Source: an uncultured Bacilli bacterium
GTDB lineage: Bacteria > Bacillota_I > Bacilli_A > RF39 > UBA660
DNA: 59,664 bases
Direction of reading: 5' to 3'
NCBI GenBank assembly: GCA_944358775.1
Contig: CALVRU010000004.1
Location: forward strand, 1 to 59,664
The position numbers and the translations under genes were made by a program. The notes beneath the pieces are model-generated. The model searched no databases. It had not been told where the DNA came from and worked only from the letters and a program-made list of their open reading frames with translations. Below, one piece after another: positions 1 through 10,400 of this stretch (positions are counted from its first letter, which is position 1; the number at the start of each line of letters is the position of its first letter).

Positions 1-270
1 CTTATCTATATTATACCAAATAAAAAGACTACTGTTATGCTTTACAGTAATCTTTGTATACTTTTTCAGTGACTTCAAGTAGAAATACTTGTTTTTTTTG
101 TGTAGAAAAGCAGAAAAAAGGATCTTTAGGGAAGATTCTTTCCAAAAAAGGCAAAAAAACGCCAAATTAAGGACAAGAATACTTAAAAAATGACAAAAGA
201 ACACAAAATCGTTGCAAATCAGGGCATTTTCCGATCGAATAGAAATATCATGTAGTAAGAGAAAAAAATA

Positions 271-279
271 TGCTATAAT
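271..279 (+). promoter_or_regulatory. Extended -10 SigA-type promoter element for murG
   Basis: TG-c-TATAAT at 271-279, 20 nt upstream of ATG 299. Confidence 0.6.
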
Positions 280-298
280 GAATATAGGATGTGATAAG

Positions 299-1387
299 AT
301 GAAAGTAGTCATCAGTGCTGGTGGAACCGGTGGCCATATTTATCCGGCGCTTGCTATTATAAATAAAATCAAAGAACGTGAGCCGAATAGTACGTTTTTA
401 TATATTGGAACAACCGATCGTATGGAAGCAACCATTATTCCACAGAAAAAGATTCCTTATGTAGGAATCAAAATGATGGGCTTGAACCGTAAACAAGTTT
501 GGAAAAATATAGATGTGTTAAAATGTTTCAAACAGGGGATTGCCCAGGCCAAAGAGGAGATCATTAAATTTGATCCAGATATCGTGTTAGGAATCGGTGG
601 TTACATTACCTCACCGGTGATTTATGCTGCCAAAAAAGCAGGTTATAAAACTTTCATCCACGAACAAAATTCCATTCCTGGATTATCCAATCGCTTTTTA
701 AGCCACTATGCGGATAAAATCGGTGTTTCTCTTCCCGGAACAGTCCGTTATTTTCCCAAAAAGAAAGTAGTTTATACCGGTAATCCGCGGAGTGAAGAAG
801 TGATTCGAGCGATCCCAGTCGATAAAAAGAAATATCATTTAAGTGAACACAAAGAGCTTGTTTTAATTGTGATGGGGTCGCTTGGTTCGTTAACGATGAA
901 CACGAAAATAAAAGAGATGCTTTCTTCTTTTCAGGGAAAAAAATACGAGGTGTTGCTAGTAACCGGTAAAGATTATTTTACGGACTTTCAAAAAATGACA
1001 GTTCCGACGAATGTAAAATTAGTGCCTTTTTTAGATGATATGTTGGGTGTCATGAAAAGAACGGATCTAATTGTTTCGCGAGCTGGAGCAAGTACGGTTT
1101 CCGAAATTACCGCCTTAGGTCTTCCTAGTATTTTGGTGCCTAGTCCATATGTGACTCACAATCATCAATGGAAAAATGCGAAAGAATTAGAAAGTCATGG
1201 TGCTACGATCGTACTCGAAGAGTCCAACTTTTCAAAAGAGACGTTATTACCGTTGATCGATGATATTTTAGATCATGAGGACAAAAAGAAAGAAATGCAG
1301 AAACAAGCCAGCAAATTAGGCGTAAAAGATAGTGCTACTAGAATATATCAAGTAATTAAAAGAATAGTTGATGGTGAGACAAAATGA
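299..1387 (+). CDS. murG: UDP-GlcNAc--lipid I N-acetylglucosaminyltransferase
   Basis: GGTGGHIYP, HEQN and SRAGAST motifs. Start moved from ORF-track 212 to ATG 299 (SD-like AGGATGTGA, downstream of the promoter). Confidence 0.97.
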   Translation: MKVVISAGGTGGHIYPALAIINKIKEREPNSTFLYIGTTDRMEATIIPQKKIPYVGIKMMGLNRKQVWKNIDVLKCFKQGIAQAKEEIIKFDPDIVLGIGGYITSPVIYAAKKAGYKTFIHEQNSIPGLSNRFLSHYADKIGVSLPGTVRYFPKKKVVYTGNPRSEEVIRAIPVDKKKYHLSEHKELVLIVMGSLGSLTMNTKIKEMLSSFQGKKYEVLLVTGKDYFTDFQKMTVPTNVKLVPFLDDMLGVMKRTDLIVSRAGASTVSEITALGLPSILVPSPYVTHNHQWKNAKELESHGATIVLEESNFSKETLLPLIDDILDHEDKKKEMQKQASKLGVKDSATRIYQVIKRIVDGETK

Positions 1388-2289
1388 AAGAATTATTAAA
1401 AGAATTGCACACATATAAATTGGGAAAAATAGTAGAACATGTTCCTTTAAAAGAACATACTACGTATCGTGTTGGAGGCACAGCCGACGCTTTTATCTAT
1501 CCGAAAACAGCGACCGATCTTGTGAAAATTATGAAGTTGATCAAAACATACCAAGTACCGTATTTTGTATTAGGAAAGGGTTCGAATGTGCTGTTTAGTG
1601 ATCGACCATTTCATGGTTTGATTATCAAATTAGATGAGTTGGATGAAGTTAAGATCCGTGGTCAAATTGTTACGGTTGGAGCGGGCTACTCTTTAATGAA
1701 ACTTTCTTCCTTGGTTGCCCGGAAAGGACTAAGTGGTTTGGAGTTTGCTTCGGGTATTCCGGGAAGTGTAGGGGGAGCTATCTACATGAACGCTGGTGCA
1801 TATAAAAAAGATATGGGGTATATTGTCACCAAAGTAAAAGTACTGACACCAAGCGGCCGGATTATTTCAATGGTGAATCGAGAACTCAACTTCCATTATC
1901 GTTCTTCTTTTTTTCAACAACATAAGGACTATATTGTCTTGGAAGCAACTTTAAAATTACAACAAGGTGTAAAAGAAGAAATTCTTGCTTTAATGCAAGA
2001 ACGTAAAGAACGACGACTTGAAACGCAACCTTTAGAATATCCATCGGCAGGAAGTGTTTTTCGAAATCCCGAGAATCAATATGCTGGGAAATTAATCGAA
2101 GACATTGGTCTAAAAGGATTGACAAGAGGTGGTGCGATGATTAGTCCGAAACACGCGAATTTCATTGTGAATGTAGGAAATGCAACGAGTCAAGATATTA
2201 AAGATCTGATGGATCTAGTAAAAGTAACGGTAAAAGATAATTATCATATAGATTTAAAAGTAGAGCAAGAATTAGTCAATTGGGAGTAA
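1384..2289 (+). CDS. murB: UDP-N-acetylmuramate dehydrogenase
   Basis: GKGSNVL, GIPGSVGGAIYMNAGAY, PSAGSVFRNP and HANF motifs; 4-nt overlap with murG. Confidence 0.97.
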   Translation: MKELLKELHTYKLGKIVEHVPLKEHTTYRVGGTADAFIYPKTATDLVKIMKLIKTYQVPYFVLGKGSNVLFSDRPFHGLIIKLDELDEVKIRGQIVTVGAGYSLMKLSSLVARKGLSGLEFASGIPGSVGGAIYMNAGAYKKDMGYIVTKVKVLTPSGRIISMVNRELNFHYRSSFFQQHKDYIVLEATLKLQQGVKEEILALMQERKERRLETQPLEYPSAGSVFRNPENQYAGKLIEDIGLKGLTRGGAMISPKHANFIVNVGNATSQDIKDLMDLVKVTVKDNYHIDLKVEQELVNWE

Positions 2290-2295
2290 AAGAAT

Positions 2296-2982
2296 ATGGC
2301 AAGGATCAAAAAGAAAAAAACACGTTTGCGAGTGGGACCGGTTTTGATAGTAATCATTTTATTGTCTTTTCTAGGTTGCGGTATTTATTATTTGCTCGGT
2401 ATGAAAATCGAAAATATTATTATCTTGGGAAATGAACATGTCAGTGACGAAAAAATCATTGAAGAAGCGGGCCTTACGGACTATCCGAGTTTCTATTGGA
2501 CAAGTTCCGGAAGTATTAAACGTAAAGTTCTAGCGGATCCGTTGATTGAAAAAGTGACGGTAAAAAAGAAATTCTTTCATGTGATCGAAATAACGGTACA
2601 AGAGTACAAAATGTTATATAAACAGGCGAGTGACAATAAAGTAGTCTTAAGTGATGGTAGTATTTTAATGACGGATGAAAACATTCCCTATCTGCCAGTT
2701 TTGTTAAATTATGTACCGGATACCAAACAAGAAGCTTTTCACGAGGGAATGAACAATATCAAGGATGATATTCGTAATCAAATTTCGGAAATTACATATG
2801 ATCCGAATGACTATGATAAAGATCGTTTTCTTTTACTAATGGATGATGGAAATAGTGTTTATTTGACTTTAACAAAGTTCGATATGATCAATTACTACGA
2901 TGAAGTGTTACCACAATTAGAAGGGAAAAAAGGAATTTTATATTTGGATTCTGGAAATCATTTTCAGATTATGGAATCTTAA
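2296..2982 (+). CDS. divIB: Cell division protein FtsQ/DivIB
   Basis: Basic N-terminus, single TM, POTRA-like segment (IIILGNEHVSDEKII...IEKVTVKK), dcw position after murB. Confidence 0.85.
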   Translation: MARIKKKKTRLRVGPVLIVIILLSFLGCGIYYLLGMKIENIIILGNEHVSDEKIIEEAGLTDYPSFYWTSSGSIKRKVLADPLIEKVTVKKKFFHVIEITVQEYKMLYKQASDNKVVLSDGSILMTDENIPYLPVLLNYVPDTKQEAFHEGMNNIKDDIRNQISEITYDPNDYDKDRFLLLMDDGNSVYLTLTKFDMINYYDEVLPQLEGKKGILYLDSGNHFQIMES

Positions 2983-3067
2983 AGTAGAGTGGTTATTTCG
3001 AATATATTTTAAGTTTTCATAATGTGAGATACAATAATAAATAGGATAATAATGGAGTGATCATTGA

Positions 3068-4821
3068 ATGAAGAAAAAGGGAAAATGGAAAGTACAGTTT
3101 TTGGTTATGGCATTTTGTGTACTTGGACTAGTCGCTGTATTGGTAGGAAGTAGTTATGCCATTTTCTCGGATGTCAGTGATCAAGGAGATTATAATACGG
3201 TGACCGCGGGAACTCTTCAGTTGTCGTATAAGACACCCAGTCACTTAGTTTAAATAATTTATATCCGGTCTCGGATGTGGAAGGAATGACCGGAGAAGGG
3301 TATACCTTTACGGTTCGTAATATTGGAACACTACCAAGTGATTATAAAGTGATGATTCAAGATGATAGTGCGATGATCCAAGCGGATGGTTGTAGTGATC
3401 ATTTAATGCCGAAAGCAAATATTAAAATTAGTATTGATGGAGGAACTCCTTTTTTATTAAGTAGCATTGAAGGAAGTAATTATATGATTACGACGGGCAA
3501 CTTACAACCAGGGGAAAGTGTAACACATGTTGTCAGAGCCTGGATCGATGAAGCAAGTGGAAACGAAATATTAGGAACGCACTTTCACGGGAAAGTAGTA
3601 GTAGAAGGAGTGCAAGGAGAGTTTGTCTATCGTGATGAAAGTGGAGCGAATCCGCCGAAGTTAGTAGAAGGAATGATACCAGTTACATATAATGGAACGA
3701 ACTGGGTCAAAGCAGATGTATATAATGAATGGTACGATTATAATAATCAAGAGTGGGCGAATGCGGTGACGGTAACGGAGGAGAATCGGGCAACTTATAT
3801 GAGTGCTTCTGCAGGGACCGTAATACCAATGGACGATATCAATACAATGTGGGTCTGGCTACCAAGATATGAATATCAATATGCCAATTTAGGAACTCAA
3901 TATGCAGGTGGCACCCAGGATCTTCCAGGAGAAATCAAAATAAACTTCTTAAGTGGAATAAATACGACTCCAAGTGACGCTGCCAATTACAAAGTACATC
4001 CGGCTTTTACGTTTGGAAGTGAAGAATTAACCGGAATCTGGGTTGGCAAATTTGAAACAGGTGGAACTTTAGCAAGTGCTTGTACGAATGAAAGTTGTGA
4101 TATTTCAAATATAGTAATTAAACCAAATGTAAAAATTCTAAATTATCAGAATGTGAGCACATATTTTTATTCGGCTCGAAGTATGCAAATGAATAGTAGT
4201 AATCCATATGGATTTCGTAGTACTTCAGGAAATGTTCACATGAGCAAAAATAGTGAATGGAGTGCCATTGCCTATTTATCCCAAAGTAGATATGGGAAAT
4301 ATGGAAATTCCAAATATACTGGTGCTGACAAAGAAATCGCAATCAACAATTGTAGTAGTTTTATTACGGGAATTGGCGGTGACACGGTGAGTGCCGCGCC
4401 ATCGAGTACTTCTTGTACTACAAATACTTACACGACAGCGAAAGGACAAGCTGCCAGTACGACGGGAAATATTACGGGAATTTACGATATTTCTGGCGCA
4501 GGAGCAGAAACAGTAATGGGAAACTATAATAATCCAATTGGCTCATCCGGTTTTTCTACTATGCCAGAAACTCAATATTATGATCTTTATACCACGACGA
4601 ATTTATCGACGGCGTGTAATGGTGGAGTATGTTATGGGCATGCGTTGAGTGAAACTTCTACTTGGTACAAAGATGCTTCTGTTCTTATAAGTAGTTCAAA
4701 TCCGTGGATCATGCGGGGTGGGGGTGTGACTACGACAAGGCCTGGTACGGGAGCATTCTACATTTCTTATGACGCTGGACCTGGCATTGGCGTAAATTGC
4801 CGTATCATTGTAACGCCATAA
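3068..4821 (+). pseudogene. Frameshifted secreted surface protein: TasA/SipW-type leader, TasA-like domain and C-terminal CLec/DGR-target-like domain (ORFs 3068-3253 and 3277-4821 are one gene)
   Basis: ORF1 ends ...GSSYAIFSD...NTVTAGTLQLSY. The frame of ORF2 is open upstream as DTQSLSLNNLYPVSDVEG from 3232. One base is missing at 3230-3231 (tat aa gac); total 1754 nt = 585 codons minus 1. The C-terminus has PW..RGG...G.F...R. Confidence 0.75.
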
Positions 4822-4856
4822 TATAATATTTTTTAAGAGCGAAACGTCCAAAAATT

Positions 4857-4884
4857 GGAAAGGTGAAAAAAACTTTCCTTTTTT
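4857..4884 (+). terminator. Intrinsic terminator
   Basis: GGAAAG-loop-CTTTCC followed by a T-run. Confidence 0.6.
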
Positions 4885-4939
4885 GCTAGTTTATTATATA
4901 ATGAATAATAGATATTAGAAAATAGAAAGGCGGCTTAAA

Positions 4940-6181
4940 ATGAAAAAGGTTTATACTGGCATCGACATTGGTAGTCATAGTATTAAAATTGTCGTAAATG
5001 AAGTGATTCATCATAAATTTCATGTATTAGCTGCCACTTCTGTACCAACGAAGGGTGTAAAAAGAGGATTGATTCAAGACCCGGATGTTGTCGTGTCGTC
5101 TTTAAAAAAAGCCAAAGAAGAAATTGAAGGAATGTTAGGGGTTTCCATCGATCAAGCAATTGTAGCAATTCCGTCTTTTGATCTTCATCTGACAATAGTC
5201 GAAGGAAAGGTTGATTTACAAGACGATCCAATTACCTCAGAAGATATCAATCGAGCTCTTCAAGATGCCACGTTGGGTAGATTAGAAGAGCAAAGAGAAT
5301 TGGTTACTTTAATTCCGATTGCGTTTCATGTTGACGATAAGGAGGGTGTCAAAGATCCGCGGGGCTTAAGTGGTGATACGTTAGCCGTCAAAGCAGTGAT
5401 GGCAACAGTTCCGAAAGAGATTTTGACGATTCCATTTAGTATTTTAAGACAAGTCGGAATCGAGCCGATCGATATTGCTTTCTCGGAAACGGGTGATTAT
5501 TATGAAGCGAGAAATAAAAACATAGATAGCAAGATTGGGGCCGTTATTAATATTGGATATGAGACGATTAAAGTATCGGTGTTTAATAAAGGAATTATGA
5601 TCAAATCATCTACTTTAAACGGCGGTTCCAAACAAGTCGATCATGATATTCAATATATGTATCATGTCTCGAAAAAAAATGCTCGTTTCTTAAAAGAAAA
5701 TTTTGCGGTTAGCAATACCAGTTATGCAGATGTAAATGATATTATCGAAGTCGAAGATAAAGAAGGAAAAATCATTTCATTAAATCAACTAGAACTTTCC
5801 TCGGTCGTCGAAGCGCGGATCGTCGAAATTTTGAAGTTGGCAAAAAAAGAAATTAGCCTCTTAACAAACCGTGAAATTAGTTATATAATAGTTACAGGTG
5901 GAATAAGCGAATTAGCGGGATTTCAATATGTTTTAGACAATGTTTTGGGCCGGCTTGCGATAACCTTAAATATTACCTCGATGGGTATAAGAAACAATAA
6001 ATATTCGAGTGCTGCAGGACTTACTCGGTATTTTGATGAAAAACTATCGTTGCGAGGAAGAAATTATTCAATGTTAAGTGAACGAAAATCAGTTGAATTA
6101 GGAACTGTGAAAAGAAAAGAATCGAATGGGTCGATGGTTGGAAAGGTCTTTGGTTATCTCTTTGACCACAAGGAAAATTAA
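4940..6181 (+). CDS. ftsA: Cell division protein FtsA
   Basis: GIDIGS actin-like motif and VTGG; directly upstream of ftsZ. Confidence 0.95.
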   Translation: MKKVYTGIDIGSHSIKIVVNEVIHHKFHVLAATSVPTKGVKRGLIQDPDVVVSSLKKAKEEIEGMLGVSIDQAIVAIPSFDLHLTIVEGKVDLQDDPITSEDINRALQDATLGRLEEQRELVTLIPIAFHVDDKEGVKDPRGLSGDTLAVKAVMATVPKEILTIPFSILRQVGIEPIDIAFSETGDYYEARNKNIDSKIGAVINIGYETIKVSVFNKGIMIKSSTLNGGSKQVDHDIQYMYHVSKKNARFLKENFAVSNTSYADVNDIIEVEDKEGKIISLNQLELSSVVEARIVEILKLAKKEISLLTNREISYIIVTGGISELAGFQYVLDNVLGRLAITLNITSMGIRNNKYSSAAGLTRYFDEKLSLRGRNYSMLSERKSVELGTVKRKESNGSMVGKVFGYLFDHKEN

Positions 6182-6192
6182 GGAGGATTTGT

Positions 6193-7326
6193 ATGTTGGA
6201 TAACACACTAGAAATGGATCAATTAGCAAAGATAAAAGTAATCGGTGTCGGTGGCGGCGGCGGAAATGCTGTAAATCGAATGGTCGAATCAGGAATTCAA
6301 GGAGTCGAGTTCATTGTTGCTAATACAGATTTACAAGTATTAAATAATTCAAAAGCAGATGTAAAAATTCAAATCGGGGCATCTTTGACCGACGGATTAG
6401 GAGCTGGTGCAAAACCGGAAATCGGAAAAGAAGCGGCAGTTGAGAGCAAAAAAGAAATCGAAGATGCTTTAGCAGGTGCCGACATGGTTTTCCTTACTTG
6501 TGGAATGGGTGGTGGAACTGGTACGGGAGCTGCACCGGTTATTGCCGAAATTGCTCAGAACCTTGGTGCTTTGACGGTGGCAATTGTAACCAAGCCTTTC
6601 AGCTTTGAAGGAAAGAAAAGAATGGAAAACGCACTTGCTGGATTAGAAGAATTAAAGAAACATGTCGATACATTGATCGTCATTCCAAATGATCGACTAC
6701 GCGAAATTATCGATAAGACGACCCCGATGTTAGATGCATTTAAAGAAGTAGATAATGTATTGAGACGTGGTGTTCAATCGATTTCCGATTTAATTGCAAT
6801 TGTCGGACTTGTCAACCTTGACTTTGCCGATGTTAAAGCAGTCATGGAGAAATCTGGTAATGCCATTATCGGTATTGGTATTGGAATGGGTGAAGATCGG
6901 GCGATCGAAGCGGCCAAACAAGCAGTTACTTCACCACTTCTCGAAACGAGTATTCAAGGAGCAACCGATGCCATTATCAATATTACCGGTGGCGTTAATT
7001 TAACATTGTTTGAAGCAGAACAAGCAGCAGAAGTCGTAAGAGCAGCTGCGAATACAGATATCAATACGATCTTTGGTTCGGTAATCAATGAAAACTTAAC
7101 AGACGAAGTAATCGTAACCGTAATTGCTACGGGTTTTGATAAAAAGAAAGAAGTAAAAGAGCCTCTTTATAACAATGTTCAAAATACAAGACGAAGTGCT
7201 CCACGTGATATCGAAGTGATCGATACACCACAGCCTACGCCAATTCCAGTAATGAGCAGTGATGATGACGACGATGATGATGGAGACTATGATATCCCAT
7301 CATTCCTAAAGAAAAGAAATTATTAA
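6193..7326 (+). CDS. ftsZ: Cell division protein FtsZ
   Basis: [20 protein letters not shown] tubulin signature, DIPSFL C-terminal core. Confidence 0.99.
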   Translation: MLDNTLEMDQLAKIKVIGVGGGGGNAVNRMVESGIQGVEFIVANTDLQVLNNSKADVKIQIGASLTDGLGAGAKPEIGKEAAVESKKEIEDALAGADMVFLTCGMGGGTGTGAAPVIAEIAQNLGALTVAIVTKPFSFEGKKRMENALAGLEELKKHVDTLIVIPNDRLREIIDKTTPMLDAFKEVDNVLRRGVQSISDLIAIVGLVNLDFADVKAVMEKSGNAIIGIGIGMGEDRAIEAAKQAVTSPLLETSIQGATDAIINITGGVNLTLFEAEQAAEVVRAAANTDINTIFGSVINENLTDEVIVTVIATGFDKKKEVKEPLYNNVQNTRRSAPRDIEVIDTPQPTPIPVMSSDDDDDDDGDYDIPSFLKKRNY

Positions 7327-7361
7327 TAGAACGATAATAATTCTGATTATTGTAAAAATCG

Positions 7362-7390
7362 AAAAGTCTTGGGAAAGACTTTTTTCTTTT
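7362..7390 (+). terminator. Intrinsic terminator after ftsZ
   Basis: AAAAGTCT-tgggaa-AGACTTTT plus T-run. Confidence 0.75.
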
Positions 7391-7432
7391 GAAAAATATG
7401 ATATAATGTTGATATAAGATCGAGGTGGAAAT

Positions 7433-9703
7433 ATGGCAAAAAAGAAAAAACGAAAAGAAACGAAAAAAACAGGATTCGATCATACAGAAGAAATTACAGG
7501 AATCGTTCTCATTATCTTAGCAATTTTGAGTATCGTTCCGAAACCATTTGGATTTGTGGGAGAGATTACGGCATCATTTGCAATGTTTTTGATTGGAACA
7601 GGATATCAAATCTTATTATTAGCAATGTTAATCTTAGGCGGATATCTCGTTTGGAAAAAAGAATGGCCTAATTTCTTTACGAATCGGTTAATTGGATTGT
7701 ATTGTGTATTGATGGGACTAATTGTTCTTGCACATATTAATTTTGTGACCGAAAATCAAGGGGATAGTTTAGTTGTTATCAAAGAAACGGTCAACAATTT
7801 GATGTCTAATTTTAATCATATTATGAAAGGAACACCGTTAACATTAAAAGGAGCCGGGATTATTGGTGCTGCCTTAAGTATCGTCTTTACCAAATTATTC
7901 GCGACAACGGGAACTTATATTGTTTCATCGGTCGTAATTGTTTTAGGAATTGTTCTTCTAACGGGCTTTGATTTGGTGGAATGGATAAAAAGCATATTTG
8001 CAAAAATTCCACGTCGTAAGAAAGAAAAAAGGGCAATTGTAGAATCGGATGACGAAGAAGAAGAAATCGAACCAGTAGTGATGGATGAGCCGACCGAAGA
8101 AAGAAAAAAATATACGATTTCTAGTATGAAAGAGTTAAACGATTTATATAAAGATGATTTGGAAGTGTTAGAAAAAACGAAAGAAATATCACTTGCCGAT
8201 ATGGAGCCGATCGAAAAAGAACAAGAAACAACGCCAGTTATTCGACATCCATATCAGTTGCCACCAATTTCACTTTTAGCTTTGCCAAAGAATAAGAAGA
8301 AACGAAATGATAGTAATATTGAAAAAAACGTATTGGCATTAGAAAAAGTACTACGGGATTTTGGGATTATTGGAAAAGTAGTCGCCGTTACGGAAGGTCC
8401 AGCAGTAACCCAGTACGAGTTAGAGTTAAATTCGGGAACAAAGGTCAACAAGTTACTTTCATTGAACAAAGAAATATCTCTTGCACTAGCGAAAAAAGAC
8501 GTTCGTATTGAAGCACCGATTCCAGGTAAAAGTACAGTCGGTATCGAATTACCAAATGAATCGGTCACGATGGTAGGACTACGAGAAATTTTACAAACCG
8601 TCCCGGCAAACAAAGAGAAAAGTAAGCTATTAGTAGCATTAGGTAAAAATATTATGGGATCTTCGGTGTGGTGTGAGATCGATAAAACTCCGCATTTGTT
8701 AGTAGCAGGTGCAACCGGTAGTGGTAAATCTGTTTGTATTAACTGTATTATTGCGTCTATTTTAATGAGAACGCGACCAGACGAAGTAAGATTGGTTTTA
8801 GTCGATCCAAAAAAAGTAGAGTTGAGCATGTATAATGGGATTCCCCATTTGCTGATGCCAGTCGTGACTGATCCGAAAAAAGCAAATGTTGCACTTCAAA
8901 AAATCGTCAGTGAAATGGAACATCGCTACGACTTGTTCAGTGAGAAGAATGTAAAAAATATTGCAACTTACAATGAATGGGTCGAAAAACAAAATGAGAA
9001 TTTACCGGACGATGCCAAAATTAGTAAGATGAGCTATATTGTTGTAATCGTCGATGAGTTGGCAGATTTGATGTTGGTAGCTAGTAAAGAAGTCGAAGAT
9101 TCGATTATGCGGATTACTCAGATGGCGCGAGCGGCCGGAATCCATTTAATTATTGCAACCCAACGACCATCGACAGATGTCATCACCGGTGTCGTCAAAG
9201 CAAACATTCCATCGCGGATTTCTTTTGCTGTTAGTAGTAGTATCGATTCTCGTACGATTCTTGACCAAACCGGTGCGGAAAAACTACTCGGGAAAGGTGA
9301 TATGTTATTCTTGCCGATGGGAGAAAACTCACCACTTCGTGTCCAAGGAGCATATGTTTCGGACGAAGAACTAGAACGATTAGTACAATATACGGTAAAT
9401 CAACAAAAGGCCCAATACGATGAGAAGTTCTTAAACTTAAGTGAATCGAGTCGTCCAGGCGTAGATGATGTCAAAGACCAAGAAGAAGAATATGATGATC
9501 CACTTTACAATGAAATTGTCGACTTTGTCGTGAATAGTGGAAAAGCAAGTGCTTCGCTATTGCAAAGACGATTCCGTTTGGGATACAATCGGGCCGCCCG
9601 TTGTATTGATTTACTAGAAGAACGTGGGATTGTTGGACCTGCCAATGGTAGTAAACCACGTGAAGTGTTAATTAAGAATGAAAATTCGGCAAAAGAAGAG
9701 TAA
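7433..9703 (+). CDS. ftsK: DNA translocase FtsK/SpoIIIE
   Basis: 4 N-terminal TMs, PHLLVAGATGSGKS, VDELADLM, TQRPS, C-terminal gamma domain (LQRRFRLGYNRAAR). Confidence 0.97.
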   Translation: MAKKKKRKETKKTGFDHTEEITGIVLIILAILSIVPKPFGFVGEITASFAMFLIGTGYQILLLAMLILGGYLVWKKEWPNFFTNRLIGLYCVLMGLIVLAHINFVTENQGDSLVVIKETVNNLMSNFNHIMKGTPLTLKGAGIIGAALSIVFTKLFATTGTYIVSSVVIVLGIVLLTGFDLVEWIKSIFAKIPRRKKEKRAIVESDDEEEEIEPVVMDEPTEERKKYTISSMKELNDLYKDDLEVLEKTKEISLADMEPIEKEQETTPVIRHPYQLPPISLLALPKNKKKRNDSNIEKNVLALEKVLRDFGIIGKVVAVTEGPAVTQYELELNSGTKVNKLLSLNKEISLALAKKDVRIEAPIPGKSTVGIELPNESVTMVGLREILQTVPANKEKSKLLVALGKNIMGSSVWCEIDKTPHLLVAGATGSGKSVCINCIIASILMRTRPDEVRLVLVDPKKVELSMYNGIPHLLMPVVTDPKKANVALQKIVSEMEHRYDLFSEKNVKNIATYNEWVEKQNENLPDDAKISKMSYIVVIVDELADLMLVASKEVEDSIMRITQMARAAGIHLIIATQRPSTDVITGVVKANIPSRISFAVSSSIDSRTILDQTGAEKLLGKGDMLFLPMGENSPLRVQGAYVSDEELERLVQYTVNQQKAQYDEKFLNLSESSRPGVDDVKDQEEEYDDPLYNEIVDFVVNSGKASASLLQRRFRLGYNRAARCIDLLEERGIVGPANGSKPREVLIKNENSAKEE

Positions 9704-9759
9704 TTCATATTGTCGAAACCAAAACAATTTTCTCATGATGAAAACAATGAATTTAAGAT

Positions 9760-9797
9760 AAAATAGAAAGAAAAGACGATTTCTTTCTATTTTTTTG
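9760..9797 (+). terminator. Intrinsic terminator after ftsK
   Basis: AAAATAGAAAGAAA-agacga-TTTCTTTCTATTTT perfect 14-bp inverted repeat plus T-run. Confidence 0.8.
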
Positions 9798-9801
9798 GTA
9801 A

Positions 9802-10290
9802 AAAATACAGATTTTAAAGTTTGCTTTTTGTAAGAAACAAAGATATAATCATGTAAAAATTTACAACCATCATGGTATAAATCCAATTGAAATTAGAGAT
9901 ATCGTTGATAAATATTGGGAGAACAAAGAAGCCATTACACTAGAGTTTTGTCGAACCAACCCATATCGGTTTAATCAGGAAGAGTTAAGTATAACAAGCG
10001 AGTTTCAAAAAGGAATTCGTGGCATGTTTATTGTCGCTCGATACGAATTAGAATATACGGCTTTTATGGAAAGAGATAAAATATATATGGTAAAAGGATT
10101 GAATGATAATATCGATCATATTATCCCATATGATGAGTTACCACATATAGCGATTACGTCAGTGATTCCGTTTAAAGGAAACTTAGTATATGATGGTATG
10201 TTACTTGGAATGCCAGTGAGAATGGGATATGACTTTGACAAAATGGTAGATAAAGAATATGATACGATGATGAAATATTATCATTTATGA
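9802..10290 (+). pseudogene. Probable 5'-truncated remnant of a hypothetical protein
   Basis: The frame of ORF 10024-10290 stays open and protein-like for 74 codons upstream (…INPIEIRDIVDKYWENKEA…) back to a stop at 9799-9801, with no ATG or RBS before 10024. Confidence 0.5.
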
Positions 10291-10400
10291 TAGATATGAT
10301 ATTAGGAAATAATAAGAATGAAAGAGAACTAAGAAAAATCGGAAAATAATGTGTAGAAACCTGATCTTTGCTCATAATATTTATAGAAATGAGGGATATT

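Noticed and set aside
212-298. N-terminal extension of murG in the ORF track
   Set aside because: It overlaps the promoter; the SD and the MurG motif point to ATG 299.
7254-7281. GAT/GAC run near the end of ftsZ
   Set aside because: It encodes an acidic stretch of the variable FtsZ linker; ordinary low complexity.
8254-8829. 191-aa minus-strand ORF
   Set aside because: Antisense shadow of the conserved FtsK motor domain; no RBS or motif.
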